Origin: an uncultured Eubacteriales bacterium | GTDB taxonomy: Bacteria > Bacillota > Clostridia > TANB77 > CAG-508 | Length of the DNA stretch: 64,000 nucleotides | Direction of reading: 5' to 3' | Assembly: GCA_949288175.1 (NCBI GenBank) | Contig: CASEIV010000006.1 | Location: 77 to 64,076 of the forward strand | Shown here: one piece after another, positions 40,121 to 50,187 of the stretch | How the letters are laid out: each line of letters starts with the position of its first letter | How positions within the stretch are numbered: the stretch's first letter is position 1 | Translations under genes and position numbers: made by a program | Notes under the pieces: model-generated | The model's database searches: none | What the model was told of the DNA's origin: nothing | Seen by the model: only the letters and a program-made list of their open reading frames with translations

Positions 40121-41076
40121 TGCCTTATAATGTAAAAGAAATCGTTGCGAATAAACCTTCAAGATTTACTGCTGGACACAGAATGTGTGCTGGTTGTGGA
40201 GCTCCTCCTGTTGCAAGACATATTATGAGAGCTTTAAAACCAGAAGATCATGCAGTTGTTGCCAATGCCACTGGATGTATGGAAGTTTCTACTTTTATCT
40301 ATCCATATACTGCTTGGACAGATTCATTTATACATACAGCTTTTGAATGTGCAGGTGCTACACTTGCCGGAGCAGAAGCAGCTTATGTTTCTATGAAAAA
40401 ACAAGGAAAATTACCAGCTGATGGAGATACAAAATTCATCGCCTTTGGTGGAGATGGTGGAACATATGATATCGGTTTACAATCTTTATCAGGTGCTATG
40501 GAAAGAGGACATGATATGGTATATGTATGTTATGATAATGGTGCATACATGAATACAGGTATTCAACGTTCTTCTGCAACACCAAAATTTGCTGATACAA
40601 CTACCTCTCCTGCAGGAACCGTTATTCCTGGAAAAACACAATGTAGAAAAGATTTAAGTAAAATTATGGTGGGACATCACATTCCTTATGTTGGTCAAAC
40701 CATTGCCTATATGAATTTCAAAGATTTATATGAAAAAGCTGAAAAAGCAATTTATACAGAAGGACCTGCATTTTTAAATGTATTATCACCATGTCCTAGA
40801 GGCTGGGGATATCCAACTGAGGATTTGATGAAAATTAATAAACTTGCTGTTGAAACATGTTATTGGCCTTTATATGAAGTGGTTAATGGTGTATATCATA
40901 TTTCATATAAACCAGCTAAAAAATTACCAATTGAAGAATTCTTAAAACCACAAAAAAGATTTAGACATATGTTTAAACCTGGTAATGAGTGGATGATAGA
41001 AGATTTCCAAAGAATTGTTGATGAAAGATGGCAAGAATTATTAGACTTAGAAGAAGTCACAAATAAAAATAAATAA
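40120..41076 (+). CDS. porB: POR beta subunit (TPP-binding)
   Basis: CAGCGAP... and GDG(G)TYDIG TPP motif. ATG overlaps the porA stop (TAATG). Confidence 0.85.
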   Translation: MPYNVKEIVANKPSRFTAGHRMCAGCGAPPVARHIMRALKPEDHAVVANATGCMEVSTFIYPYTAWTDSFIHTAFECAGATLAGAEAAYVSMKKQGKLPADGDTKFIAFGGDGGTYDIGLQSLSGAMERGHDMVYVCYDNGAYMNTGIQRSSATPKFADTTTSPAGTVIPGKTQCRKDLSKIMVGHHIPYVGQTIAYMNFKDLYEKAEKAIYTEGPAFLNVLSPCPRGWGYPTEDLMKINKLAVETCYWPLYEVVNGVYHISYKPAKKLPIEEFLKPQKRFRHMFKPGNEWMIEDFQRIVDERWQELLDLEEVTNKNK

Positions 41077-41084
41077 TAAAAAAG

Positions 41085-41112
41085 GGATTTTGGGGACGGA
41101 CTCAAAATTCCC
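41085..41112. terminator. Bidirectional terminator hairpin AAAAAGGGATTTTGGGGACGGACTCAAAATTCCCTTTTTTT with family 3 loop motif
   Basis: Stem with A and T flanks between convergent porB and thiN. The loop carries GGGGACGGA. Confidence 0.55.
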
Positions 41113-41117
41113 TTTTT

Positions 41118-41766
41118 TTAATCTTTACTCTCTATCACAATCAAAATGCCTTTTTTCATCTCAATACGTGCTGTATCTGTTATGATTTCATTACTAATAC
41201 CTAAACTGGTTCCTATTGGTAAAGTATAATGATTTAAAGAATATTTAAAACCTGTTAAAGTTAATCCCTCTACTATGCTAGTCAAAGGAATTAAAGATAC
41301 GTATTTTCCATAAACTTTATTTTTCTCTAAAGTCATTTCTTTATTTATTAAGTAAATTCGATTATGCTCGTCCAAAATTTGACAAGGAATATTGGCCTCT
41401 AATGCATCTTTTAATATATGAATATTCGCTAGAGCATGGTCCATTCTCTTCCCTAACGCACCCATTATTGTAATCCTAGAACTTTTTAAACCAATGGCTA
41501 GTTGTAAAGCAATATCTGTATCTGTATTATCTTTTTCTGCATTAAATGTATGAAAAGTAATTTGAGATTGCTTTTTATAGAATTCTAGAATTTCAGCAGA
41601 AACAGAATCAAAATCTCCTACTACATGATTTGGTATTATTTTTAATTTATATAATGCCTCTAATCCTCTATCGCCTGCAATTATATTTTGACCGTACATG
41701 TTTTTCACAATATATTTTTAATTCTTCAATATGAATATCTCCACCTGATACGATTAATGTTTCCAT
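41118..41766 (-). pseudogene. thiN: Thiamine pyrophosphokinase (ThiN/TPK) interrupted by a 1-nt frameshift in an A5 run. The N-terminal 28 aa are in one frame (41766 down to about 41690) and the rest in another.
   Basis: The upstream frame encodes METLIVSGGDIHIEELKIYCEK... (GGAG RBS). The downstream frame encodes ...NMYGQNIIAGDRGLEALYKLKIIPNHVVGDFDSV.... Deleting one A of gaaaaac restores a continuous ThiN-like protein (compare B. subtilis MTINIVAGGPKN...GDFDSI). Confidence 0.6.
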
Positions 41767-41920
41767 TTTATTTCTCCTATCTCTATAACAATTTTTTCAT
41801 ATAAAAAACTCTACATTACATTGAAACATATATAAGCTGTTTCCTATATAATATAAAAGCCATGACAGATTCTATATAGGAATATATCATGGTTTTATAC
41901 TTTTTCTAGTATATGTAATC

Positions 41921-42091
41921 TTATTCTTCTTCTGGAGCTTCTACTGGGCAAACACCTGCACAAGTCCCACAGCTTATACAAGCTGATTGATCAATTACAA
42001 ATTTATCATCTCCTTGTGATATACATCCAACTGGACATTCAGCTGCACAAGCACCACATGATATACATTTATCTGTTATTTTATATGCCAT
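41921..42091 (-). CDS. fdx: Clostridial-type 2x[4Fe-4S] ferredoxin (56 aa). It is below the ORF-track size cutoff.
   Basis: MAYKITDKCISCGACAAECPVGCISQGDDKFVIDQSACISCGTCAGVCPVEAPEEE with RBS AAAGGAGGTG. Confidence 0.7.
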   Translation of the reverse strand: MAYKITDKCISCGACAAECPVGCISQGDDKFVIDQSACISCGTCAGVCPVEAPEEE

Positions 42092-42253
42092 TATATTCAC
42101 CTCCTTTAATTTATTACTTTATTATTTTTGTTTTTTATTGTATAGGAAACCATATGAAACTTTAAGTTACTTTGGCTCAAAGTGAAAATAAAAATTTCAT
42201 ATTTTATTTTCAAAAGAAAAATCCACTTTTATCTTGAGCATATATGAGATTTC

Positions 42254-43165
42254 TTATTTTTCTCTCATTCCTTCATCTTCTTTTTCCAATTTTTCTAATT
42301 CCTCTAATTCTTTTTGATGTTCAATTTCTTCTTGATCTAATCTTTCTTTTTCTGCATCTTTTATAACTTGAATATCTTTTACATCATATCTTCTATAAAT
42401 ATATGTATCTCCATCTTTAATTTTTACTCTTACTCTTTCTTTAAGAGTTTCAATAGAATCTACTTCTCCCTCTCCTTCTTCTGTTTTTACAATGGCTCCT
42501 ATATGTGGTAATTTTTTTAATTTTTCTTCATAAACTTCGCTCTCATATTTTAAACAACACATTAGTCTTCCACAATTACCTGATATTTTTGAAGGATTTA
42601 AAGAAATATTTTGTTCTTTTGCCATTTTAATAGATACAGCTTCGAAATCATTTAAAAATGTACAACAGCATAATTCTCTTCCACATACACCATTTCCACC
42701 AATTTTTCTAACTTCATCTCTTACACCAATTTGTCTTAGTTCTATTCTTGTTTTATATATAGCTGCTAAGTCTTTTACTAATTCTCTAAAGTCAATTCTT
42801 CCATCTGCTGTAAAATAGAATAAGATTTTACTATTATCAAATTTCACTTCTACATCTGTTAATGTCATTTCCAATCCATGTTCTTTTATTTTCTTTTTAC
42901 ATACTTCAAAAGCCTTCTTCTCTAATGCTTTACATTCGTCATAACGCTTATAATCTTTTCCATTGGCAATTCTAATAACCACCTTTAAAGGTTCTACAAT
43001 CTTATCCTCTGGAACAGCTCTATTCGGAATCATGACTTCTCCAAGTTCTTCTCCTTGTGCTGTTTCTACAATAACTTTATCTCCTTTTTTCAATCTCCAT
43101 TTTTTTGGGTTAAAGAAATAGATTTTTCCTAATTTTTTAAACCTAACTCCTACAATATCTTTCAA
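42254..43165 (-). CDS. ricT: PSP1-domain stage 0 sporulation protein YaaT/RicT (probable TTG start after GGGAGG, overlapping the holB stop)
   Basis: (M)KDIVGVRFKKLGKIYFF... and the C-rich motif GVCGRELCCC..GNCGRLMCCLKYE. The conserved holB-yaaT synteny is present. Confidence 0.75.
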   Translation of the reverse strand: MKDIVGVRFKKLGKIYFFNPKKWRLKKGDKVIVETAQGEELGEVMIPNRAVPEDKIVEPLKVVIRIANGKDYKRYDECKALEKKAFEVCKKKIKEHGLEMTLTDVEVKFDNSKILFYFTADGRIDFRELVKDLAAIYKTRIELRQIGVRDEVRKIGGNGVCGRELCCCTFLNDFEAVSIKMAKEQNISLNPSKISGNCGRLMCCLKYESEVYEEKLKKLPHIGAIVKTEEGEGEVDSIETLKERVRVKIKDGDTYIYRRYDVKDIQVIKDAEKERLDQEEIEHQKELEELEKLEKEDEGMREK

Positions 43166-44055
43166 TTTACTTCCTCCCACATATTAAATATCATGTTATC
43201 TATACACATATCATAATTTGCATTTTGATTCAATCTTTTTTTTGTATTTTCTATGATATCAATACAATTTGCATATTGTGCGTTTTCTTTTGATAATTTC
43301 AATAATATTATATTTATATAGTCTAATATATTTATAATTTCGTCTTTTGATTGATATAGTGGTTCCCCTAATTTTATTAATTCTGTCATATCTGTTTTAT
43401 CTAACTTTTCTATCATGTCTTCTATACTTTCATATTGTTCTTTTTTATCTTTTAATATGATAGCTTTTCCAATACTACCTTGAAAGGCATCTAACATATT
43501 TTGACTAATATTTGTCATTCCATATGTTTCTTCCATATATTGTTTTATATATTTTGTCTCAATCGGTTGAAATGAAATCTTCATACATCTTGATTTTATG
43601 GTATTTAAAAAAGCATTTTCATTACTACCTACCAATATAATTGTACTATATTCTGGTGGTTCTTCTAATGTTTTTAATAAACAGTTTTGTGCCTCAGCTG
43701 TCATTTTGTCAGCATCATTGATAATATATACTTTTTTATTTGAAATAATTGGCTTTTCTTGTATCTTTCTTTGTAAATATCGAATTTGTTCAATTTTTAT
43801 ACTACTTCCATCTGGCTCTAAGTATAAAAAATCCGGATGATTATGAGACATAAATTCAACACAAGATTTACATTGATGACATCCTTTTTCTTCTTCATTT
43901 GTACATAATACAATTTGAGCAAACTCTTTAGCTATCATTTGTTTTCCTATGCCTTCTTTTCCCACAAACATATAGCTATGTGATACCTTATTTTCATCAA
44001 CTGCTCTTTTCAATTCATTCTTTATTGGCTCATTTCCAATTATTTCATCGAACAT
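43162..44055 (-). CDS. holB: DNA polymerase III delta-prime subunit
   Basis: MFDEIIGNEPIKNELK...SHSYMFVGKEGIGK... and the zinc module CHQCKSC. Confidence 0.8.
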   Translation of the reverse strand: MFDEIIGNEPIKNELKRAVDENKVSHSYMFVGKEGIGKQMIAKEFAQIVLCTNEEEKGCHQCKSCVEFMSHNHPDFLYLEPDGSSIKIEQIRYLQRKIQEKPIISNKKVYIINDADKMTAEAQNCLLKTLEEPPEYSTIILVGSNENAFLNTIKSRCMKISFQPIETKYIKQYMEETYGMTNISQNMLDAFQGSIGKAIILKDKKEQYESIEDMIEKLDKTDMTELIKLGEPLYQSKDEIINILDYINIILLKLSKENAQYANCIDIIENTKKRLNQNANYDMCIDNMIFNMWEEVN

Positions 44056-44129
44056 TAATGCTTTCGCTCCTTTTCTCTACCTTTATTATTATATACTAAA
44101 ACAATTGATTTTTCAACAGAAAATATCTT

Positions 44130-44358
44130 AAGTTTCGGTTTTTTCAAGTTGAGGGGCGGGGATGTTTATATTTTTTAATGTATTGACGAATGTGCCATGG
44201 AATAGATGTATAAATTCTTAATTTTCAATAAATGAGGAAGCGCGAACAGCGAGAGGCTCGTTTATTGAAAATTTAGAAGTTATCATCTATGGAGCAAACC
44301 GAGGAAATCATAAAAAATATAAACATCCCCGCCCCTCAACTTGAAAAAATCGGAACTT
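44130..44358. mobile_element. About 230-bp element with about 37-bp perfect terminal inverted repeats (TTTTTTCAAGTTGAGGGGCGGGGATGTTTATATTTTT) and a nested internal palindrome. It is a MITE-like element or structured RNA candidate.
   Basis: The arms at 44139..44176 and 44312..44349 are perfect reverse complements. The GC-rich core GAGGGGCGGGG stands out in an AT-rich context. Confidence 0.5.
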
Positions 44359-44408
44359 GAATAATATGGATTTAAAAGCAAAAAATAGAGATCTAAAATC
44401 TCTATCTT

Positions 44409-45047
44409 TTAATCTACATGTCCCCATTTATCTAATGGCCATATTCTTATTGCCACTGTACTTTCTATTTTTTCTAAAGGTATACACCCAAAAGCTCTAC
44501 AATCTGTACTATGTGTTCTATTATCTCCCATAGCAAATACTGTATTTTCTGGAACGATAAAATCAGAAAAACCTGGTCCTTCAATATCTGTTACAACACC
44601 GTCTTGTAGATATGGTTCATCTAGTTCTTTACCATTTATATACACTTTTCCTTCTTTAATTTCTACATGTTCTCCTGGGAGTGCAATTACTCTTTTTATA
44701 TAACTTTCTTTTCCTATTTCTAAGACATATTTTACAAACTTACTAAATATATTGGTTGGTTCATTTTCATATTTAGCAACTGGGTTCTTTGTATCAATTT
44801 CTGAACTTGTAAAAAACTTTTTACTTGGTGCTTCAAATGTAATAATTTCTCCTCTTTCTGGTAAAGTTTTCGTAGTTCTAGACCATCTATTTAGCCATAA
44901 TCTCTGGCCCTCCTCTAATGTTGGCTTCATTGATACTTGCTGAACAATCGTTGGCGTTCCTATAAAATATCTAAATAATAATGCTAACACAATTGCTATA
45001 ATAATACAATATACCCATTCTAATATTTCTTTTATCTTTGGATTCAA
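44409..45047 (-). CDS. lepB: Signal peptidase I (S26, P-type)
   Basis: VQQVSMKPTL...YIKRVIALPGE...GDNRTHSTD motifs. Confidence 0.8.
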   Translation of the reverse strand: MNPKIKEILEWVYCIIIAIVLALLFRYFIGTPTIVQQVSMKPTLEEGQRLWLNRWSRTTKTLPERGEIITFEAPSKKFFTSSEIDTKNPVAKYENEPTNIFSKFVKYVLEIGKESYIKRVIALPGEHVEIKEGKVYINGKELDEPYLQDGVVTDIEGPGFSDFIVPENTVFAMGDNRTHSTDCRAFGCIPLEKIESTVAIRIWPLDKWGHVD

Positions 45048-45146
45048 CTTTCTCTCTCCTTTAACTTTTAAAAATCTAATTTATTATACATGAATTGCTT
45101 TTATTTTTCAATTCCAATTAGTATTTTTTTATAATTCTCTAGCAAA

Positions 45147-46628
45147 CTAATTTTTAGTTGGGATTCTTATGACTACTTCTGTACCTTGTCCTACTGTACT
45201 TTTAATATCAATGCTACCCCCATTTTTATCAAGTATTTCTTTTGCAATAGAAAGTCCTAGACCAGTTCCTCCCATTTCTCTTGTACGAGCTTTATCCACT
45301 CGATAAAATCTCTCAAATATTCTAGACAAATCTTCTTCTGGTATTCCAATTCCATTATCAAAGATTTTTATATAAGCATCATTATATACAAAACCTACAT
45401 ATATTTTAATTTCCCCACCTTCTGGTGTGTATTTAATACTATTTGTTAAAATATTTAAAATGACTCTTTCAATATCATCTTTATCTGCATAAACAGGTGG
45501 AACATCTGCCGTTACAAAAGAGTTTACTGTATGATTTTTCTTTTTAATTTCAATAGCCAATTTATCTTGACATTTTTTTACTAGTTCTCCTAAATCAAAT
45601 GATACTTTTTTCGCTCTATTTTTATTATTATCATATCTTGATAAAGTTAATAAGTCAGTAACAAGTCTTGCCATTCTTCGTGCTTCTGATGCAATTACAT
45701 TTAAGAACTTGTCCTGTGTTTCTTTATCATATTCTCCCTCTAGCAAAGTATCTGCATATCCCATAATAGATGTAATTGGGGTTTTTAATTCATGTGATAC
45801 ATCTGCCACAAATTCTTTTTGCATATTATCTAATTTCACATGTTCTGTTATATCTTGGATAACCGCTATCACACCATTTGGTCTATCTGATTCATTTTTA
45901 AAAGGAGCAAAAAATACATTCATATATTTATCTTCTACTTGAATCCTTTGTTCTGTTGATGTCCAGTTTTCTAGATAAATAATTTTCTCCATGTTAATTC
46001 CTAATTTAAATTTTGCAAAAATATCATCAAAAGTAATATCTTCTGGTCCAATACTTAAAAATTTTTTTGCAGCTGGATTGATTAAGATAATCTCTCCCTC
46101 CATATTAAAAGCAATAATTCCATCTGTCATATGTAAAAGAATCGTTTCTATTTGATTTTTTTGTGTAGAAACTTCACTTAATTTTTCTTTTAATTCTGTC
46201 GTCATAGCACCTAATACATTTTCTATATTAGACATATCTTTTTTGCCTTTAACTTTTTTTACTTCTTCTTTAGGTGAATTGGTTTTATCTTTTTTCTTTT
46301 CTTCTTCTGTTATCTTTTCTGCACTTTTGATTAATTTATTAATCGGATAAATAACAAATCTTGATAAAACAATAGCTATTAAAATACCACTTACTAAAAA
46401 TACGACTCCTGCTACAATTAATGCTGTAATATTGGTATTTCGCATTTGTTGTATAAATTGAGCTAATTCTTCTATATCCCCAATTTCTCTATTACTAAGA
46501 TTAATTTCCAAATTATTGATTGATTGTATATATACAAGTCCTAATCCTGTAATCACAATAATACCTATTAAAAAAAATACAATAATTATTTTTAGTTGAA
46601 TACTTCTAAACATTCTTTTCCCTCTCAT
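45147..46628 (-). CDS. Sensor histidine kinase (two TM segments, PAS domain, HisKA and HATPase_c)
   Basis: H-box VSHELKTPITSI. N, G1 and G2 boxes (NLLTNSIKYTPEGG..., DNGIGI, GGTGLGL). Confidence 0.8.
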   Translation of the reverse strand: MRGKRMFRSIQLKIIIVFFLIGIIVITGLGLVYIQSINNLEINLSNREIGDIEELAQFIQQMRNTNITALIVAGVVFLVSGILIAIVLSRFVIYPINKLIKSAEKITEEEKKKDKTNSPKEEVKKVKGKKDMSNIENVLGAMTTELKEKLSEVSTQKNQIETILLHMTDGIIAFNMEGEIILINPAAKKFLSIGPEDITFDDIFAKFKLGINMEKIIYLENWTSTEQRIQVEDKYMNVFFAPFKNESDRPNGVIAVIQDITEHVKLDNMQKEFVADVSHELKTPITSIMGYADTLLEGEYDKETQDKFLNVIASEARRMARLVTDLLTLSRYDNNKNRAKKVSFDLGELVKKCQDKLAIEIKKKNHTVNSFVTADVPPVYADKDDIERVILNILTNSIKYTPEGGEIKIYVGFVYNDAYIKIFDNGIGIPEEDLSRIFERFYRVDKARTREMGGTGLGLSIAKEILDKNGGSIDIKSTVGQGTEVVIRIPTKN

Positions 46629-46665
46629 CTATTTCTATTCTGTTATAGAAACATCTTCAAATATT

Positions 46666-47799
46666 TTAATCATGCTTCTGTTGTTCTCTTATGGTTTCCA
46701 CAATTTGTGCATATATTTTGTTTTCTACATCATCTGTTGCAACAGTTAACGCTTTTTCTCCCATACTTTTACACTTATCTTTGTCTAATACAATTTTTTC
46801 TATATTCTCATTTAATTTTTTTCCAGTCAATTCATTATCTAATATAATATCTGCTGCTCCAACATTTTGTAATACTTTTGCATTATATAATTGATGGTCA
46901 TGACTAACATTTGGTAATGGGACTAATATAGATGGTTTTCCTAAATTTGCAATTTCTGTAATGGTCATTGCTCCACTTCTTGCTACAATGACATCTACAA
47001 TATTCATAATTTCCTCCATATTATATATATATGGAAGAATTTTCATATTTTTTATATGGTTAATATTTTTATTCTCATTTTCTAATTCTTCTTTTACAAT
47101 ATCATACTGCTTTGGGCCTGTTGCCCAAATCATTTGATAATTTTCATTTAACTCTGATTTTATCATTTCCATGATTGCTTGATTAATTCTTCTTGCTCCT
47201 TGACTTCCTCCAAATACTAAAGCAATTGGCATCTGTTTATTTAATCCAACTTTTTTTATCATTTTCTCTTTTTGTTCTTCTGTATAATTTTGTTTTTTTA
47301 TTTTTACAGGTGTTCCTGTATATACAATTTTTTTTGCATGTTTTATTCTTCCCATTGCATCTTTAAAAGATACTAAAATCGTATCTGTTTTTTTGGCTAA
47401 CATTTTTACTGCTTTTCCAGGAAAAGCATTACTTTCATGTAATATTGTTGGAATTTTTAATCGATGTGCTGCTGAAATGGTTGCACCACAAATATATCCC
47501 CCAGTTCCTATAACAATGTCTGGATTGATTTCTTTTAATAATTTTTTTGCTTCTCCAAATCCTTTTAATGTTTTTATCATCTTTTTTATATTATCAATAG
47601 ATATTTTTTTACTTAATCCATATGCATCAATTGTTTTTAATTCATATCCAGCTCTTGGAACCAAATCATTTTCCAATCCTCTTGTTGTTCCTATAAAAAT
47701 GATTTTTGAATCTTTTTGTTCTTCTTGTATTTTTTTGGCTATGGCTAATCCTGGATTGATATGACCTGCTGTCCCTGCTGCTGCAATAACTACTTTCAT
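46666..47799 (-). CDS. murG: Undecaprenyldiphospho-muramoylpentapeptide beta-N-acetylglucosaminyltransferase
   Basis: MKVVIAAAGTAGHINPGLAIAKK... and GGSQGA motif. Confidence 0.85.
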   Translation of the reverse strand: MKVVIAAAGTAGHINPGLAIAKKIQEEQKDSKIIFIGTTRGLENDLVPRAGYELKTIDAYGLSKKISIDNIKKMIKTLKGFGEAKKLLKEINPDIVIGTGGYICGATISAAHRLKIPTILHESNAFPGKAVKMLAKKTDTILVSFKDAMGRIKHAKKIVYTGTPVKIKKQNYTEEQKEKMIKKVGLNKQMPIALVFGGSQGARRINQAIMEMIKSELNENYQMIWATGPKQYDIVKEELENENKNINHIKNMKILPYIYNMEEIMNIVDVIVARSGAMTITEIANLGKPSILVPLPNVSHDHQLYNAKVLQNVGAADIILDNELTGKKLNENIEKIVLDKDKCKSMGEKALTVATDDVENKIYAQIVETIREQQKHD

Positions 47800-47827
47800 C
47801 TTTTCTTCCTTTCTTAATTTCTATTTG

Positions 47828-47970
47828 CTTGCAAAAGGGGACGGGGTGATGATTTTGGGGACGGAGCAAAAAATCATCATATTGTTCTTCAAAAAATATT
47901 AAATGAAATATTTCTATAAATGATGATTTTTTGCTCCGTCCCCAAAATCATCACCCCGTCCCCTTTGGCA
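47828..47970. repeat. Family 3 hairpin element with about 47-bp perfect inverted arms (AAAGGGGACGGGGTGATGATTTTGGGGACGGAGCAAAAAATCATCAT) and a 40-nt loop
   Basis: Exact reverse-complement arms at 47834..47880 and 47921..47967. The inner 30-nt unit is identical to that of 22775..22888. Confidence 0.75.
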
Positions 47971-47974
47971 ACCT

Positions 47975-49108
47975 CTATTCCTTTTTGGCTCCTGCTTTTG
48001 AAATATTTAAGAGTATTCCCATCTCGCAGAGTAATATAAATAATGATGTTCCTCCATAACTAAAGAATGGTAATGGCATTCCTGTTGCTGGCATTGATGA
48101 AGTAACAACTGCTATATTGATAATCACTTGTATTGCTACTTGTGCTGTAATTCCTATCGCTATTAAACTTCCAAACATATCTGGTGATTTCATAGCAATT
48201 AAAATTCCTCTCCATATAAATATGGCAAATAATATGATAACTACTGCACATCCTATGAATCCTAATTCCTCTGCTAGTATTGAGAAAATAAAGTCATTAT
48301 GTGGTTCTGGAATATACAAATATTTCTGTTTACTTTCTCCTAATCCTGCTCCAAATAATCCTCCTGAACCAATCGCATATAAGCTTTGGATAACTTGCCA
48401 ACCTGTATCTGTTGCATCTTTCCATGGATCTAAAAATGTTGTAACCCTTTGCAAACGATATGGTGATGTTACAATTAATCCTATTCCTAATGGCACTCCC
48501 ACAACTGAACCTGTTACAAGAAAATGCCAGAATTTACATCCTGCAATAATCATCATAATTGCTACAATTCCAATAATTACTATTGATGCACTAAAATGTG
48601 GTTGTATTAATAATAAAACAATAATTGGTGCTATCATCATGATATGTTTTAAAAAGCCTTTTCCATATTTATCTAATTCATCTCTATTTTTTACTAACAT
48701 TCCTGCATAAAATAATATCATTAATAATTTTACGATTTCAGATGGTTGAAATGACAGAGATTCTGTAATATATATCCATCTTTTTGCACCATTTACTTCT
48801 CTACCTATAAGAGGTACTGCTAATAACAATAAAAAAGCTACAATATATGCTAATTTAGAATATTTTTGATAAAACCTATAATCAATGTTAGAAATTACCC
48901 ACATCATGAACAATCCTGCTACCGCAAAAATTGCCTGTCTAAAAAAATATGAGTAACTATTTCCACTTTCAGAAAGTGCTGATGGCGAACTTGCTGAAAG
49001 TACCATAATTAATCCTATTGACAACAACAATAATATGGTTATCAATAATGTAAAATCAATTGGGTTTTTTAGAAAGCTTGAAAAACTCTTACCTTTCTTT
49101 TTTGCCAT
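47975..49108 (-). CDS. ftsW: FtsW/SpoVE family peptidoglycan glycosyltransferase (SEDS)
   Basis: ...FLDPWKDATDTGWQVIQSLYAIGSGGLFGAGLG...PEPHNDFIF signature. Confidence 0.8.
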   Translation of the reverse strand: MAKKKGKSFSSFLKNPIDFTLLITILLLLSIGLIMVLSASSPSALSESGNSYSYFFRQAIFAVAGLFMMWVISNIDYRFYQKYSKLAYIVAFLLLLAVPLIGREVNGAKRWIYITESLSFQPSEIVKLLMILFYAGMLVKNRDELDKYGKGFLKHIMMIAPIIVLLLIQPHFSASIVIIGIVAIMMIIAGCKFWHFLVTGSVVGVPLGIGLIVTSPYRLQRVTTFLDPWKDATDTGWQVIQSLYAIGSGGLFGAGLGESKQKYLYIPEPHNDFIFSILAEELGFIGCAVVIILFAIFIWRGILIAMKSPDMFGSLIAIGITAQVAIQVIINIAVVTSSMPATGMPLPFFSYGGTSLFILLCEMGILLNISKAGAKKE

Positions 49109-49183
49109 TCTTTTTTATCATTCCTTTCTCAAGAAAAAAAGCTACATGATTAGAAATCTTCGATTTCGTTATGCATGCTTTCC

Positions 49184-50164
49184 TTATATTATCTTTAGTC
49201 CAATGATACATAATAATAATGTTGCTACACTAAATACAACCACTACTTTGTTTTCCTTCCAACCTGATAATTCAAAATGGTGATGTAATGGTGCCATTTT
49301 GAAAAAACGTTTTCCCGTCTTTTTAAAATATAACACTTGTATCATAACAGATATCGTTTCTACTACTGGTATTAATGCAATAACTAGTAATAATAATGGC
49401 ATTTCTAGGTATAACGCTAATCCTGATATAACGCCTCCTAACATAAGAGACCCTGTATCTCCCATAAACACTTTGGCTGGGTGAATATTAAACATTAAAA
49501 ATCCTAGAACTGCACCTATTACAATACTTGCAAATATAGATACTTCATATACTTGTAATCTAATTCCAATAATCGCTAAACAAGTAATAATAATTGCACA
49601 TACACTAGATGATAAGCCATCAATTCCATCTGTCAAATTGACTGCATTGGTTGCTCCTAGTATAACAACAATCGCAAATGGTATATAAATAAAAGCTGGC
49701 ATATCTATATATGTTTTTATAATTGGTATATATGTTTGTGTTTCAATTTTCAATCCATATACTAAATAAACGACATATGCTACTGAAATAATCAGTAATC
49801 CAATCATTTTATAACTTGGTTTCAAACCTTCTGTGTTTTTTAATACTAATTTTTTAAAATCATCTATAAATCCAATGAAACCAAATCCAATCGTTAATAA
49901 TAATATTGGCAGTAATTTATTGGCTAAATCTGTTTCTCCATTTATGGATAAATACGCATATGTTCCTATTACCACCAAAACCATGGTAATGATGATAATA
50001 ATTCCCCCCATTGTTGGAGTTCCTTGTTTTTTTAAATGAGATTGTGGTCCATCATCTCTTTCTATTTGACCTACTTTTCTTTTTTTCAATATTGGTATAA
50101 TGATAAATCCCATGATAATCGATATGATAAATGCGATTATCAATACTTTTGCCTCGAATATCAA
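49184..50164 (-). CDS. mraY: Phospho-N-acetylmuramoyl-pentapeptide transferase
   Basis: GTPTMGG...NAVNLTDGIDGL motifs. Confidence 0.9.
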   Translation of the reverse strand: MIFEAKVLIIAFIISIIMGFIIIPILKKRKVGQIERDDGPQSHLKKQGTPTMGGIIIIITMVLVVIGTYAYLSINGETDLANKLLPILLLTIGFGFIGFIDDFKKLVLKNTEGLKPSYKMIGLLIISVAYVVYLVYGLKIETQTYIPIIKTYIDMPAFIYIPFAIVVILGATNAVNLTDGIDGLSSSVCAIIITCLAIIGIRLQVYEVSIFASIVIGAVLGFLMFNIHPAKVFMGDTGSLMLGGVISGLALYLEMPLLLLVIALIPVVETISVMIQVLYFKKTGKRFFKMAPLHHHFELSGWKENKVVVVFSVATLLLCIIGLKII

Positions 50165-50187
50165 TTTAATCCAACCTTTCTTTTGTT

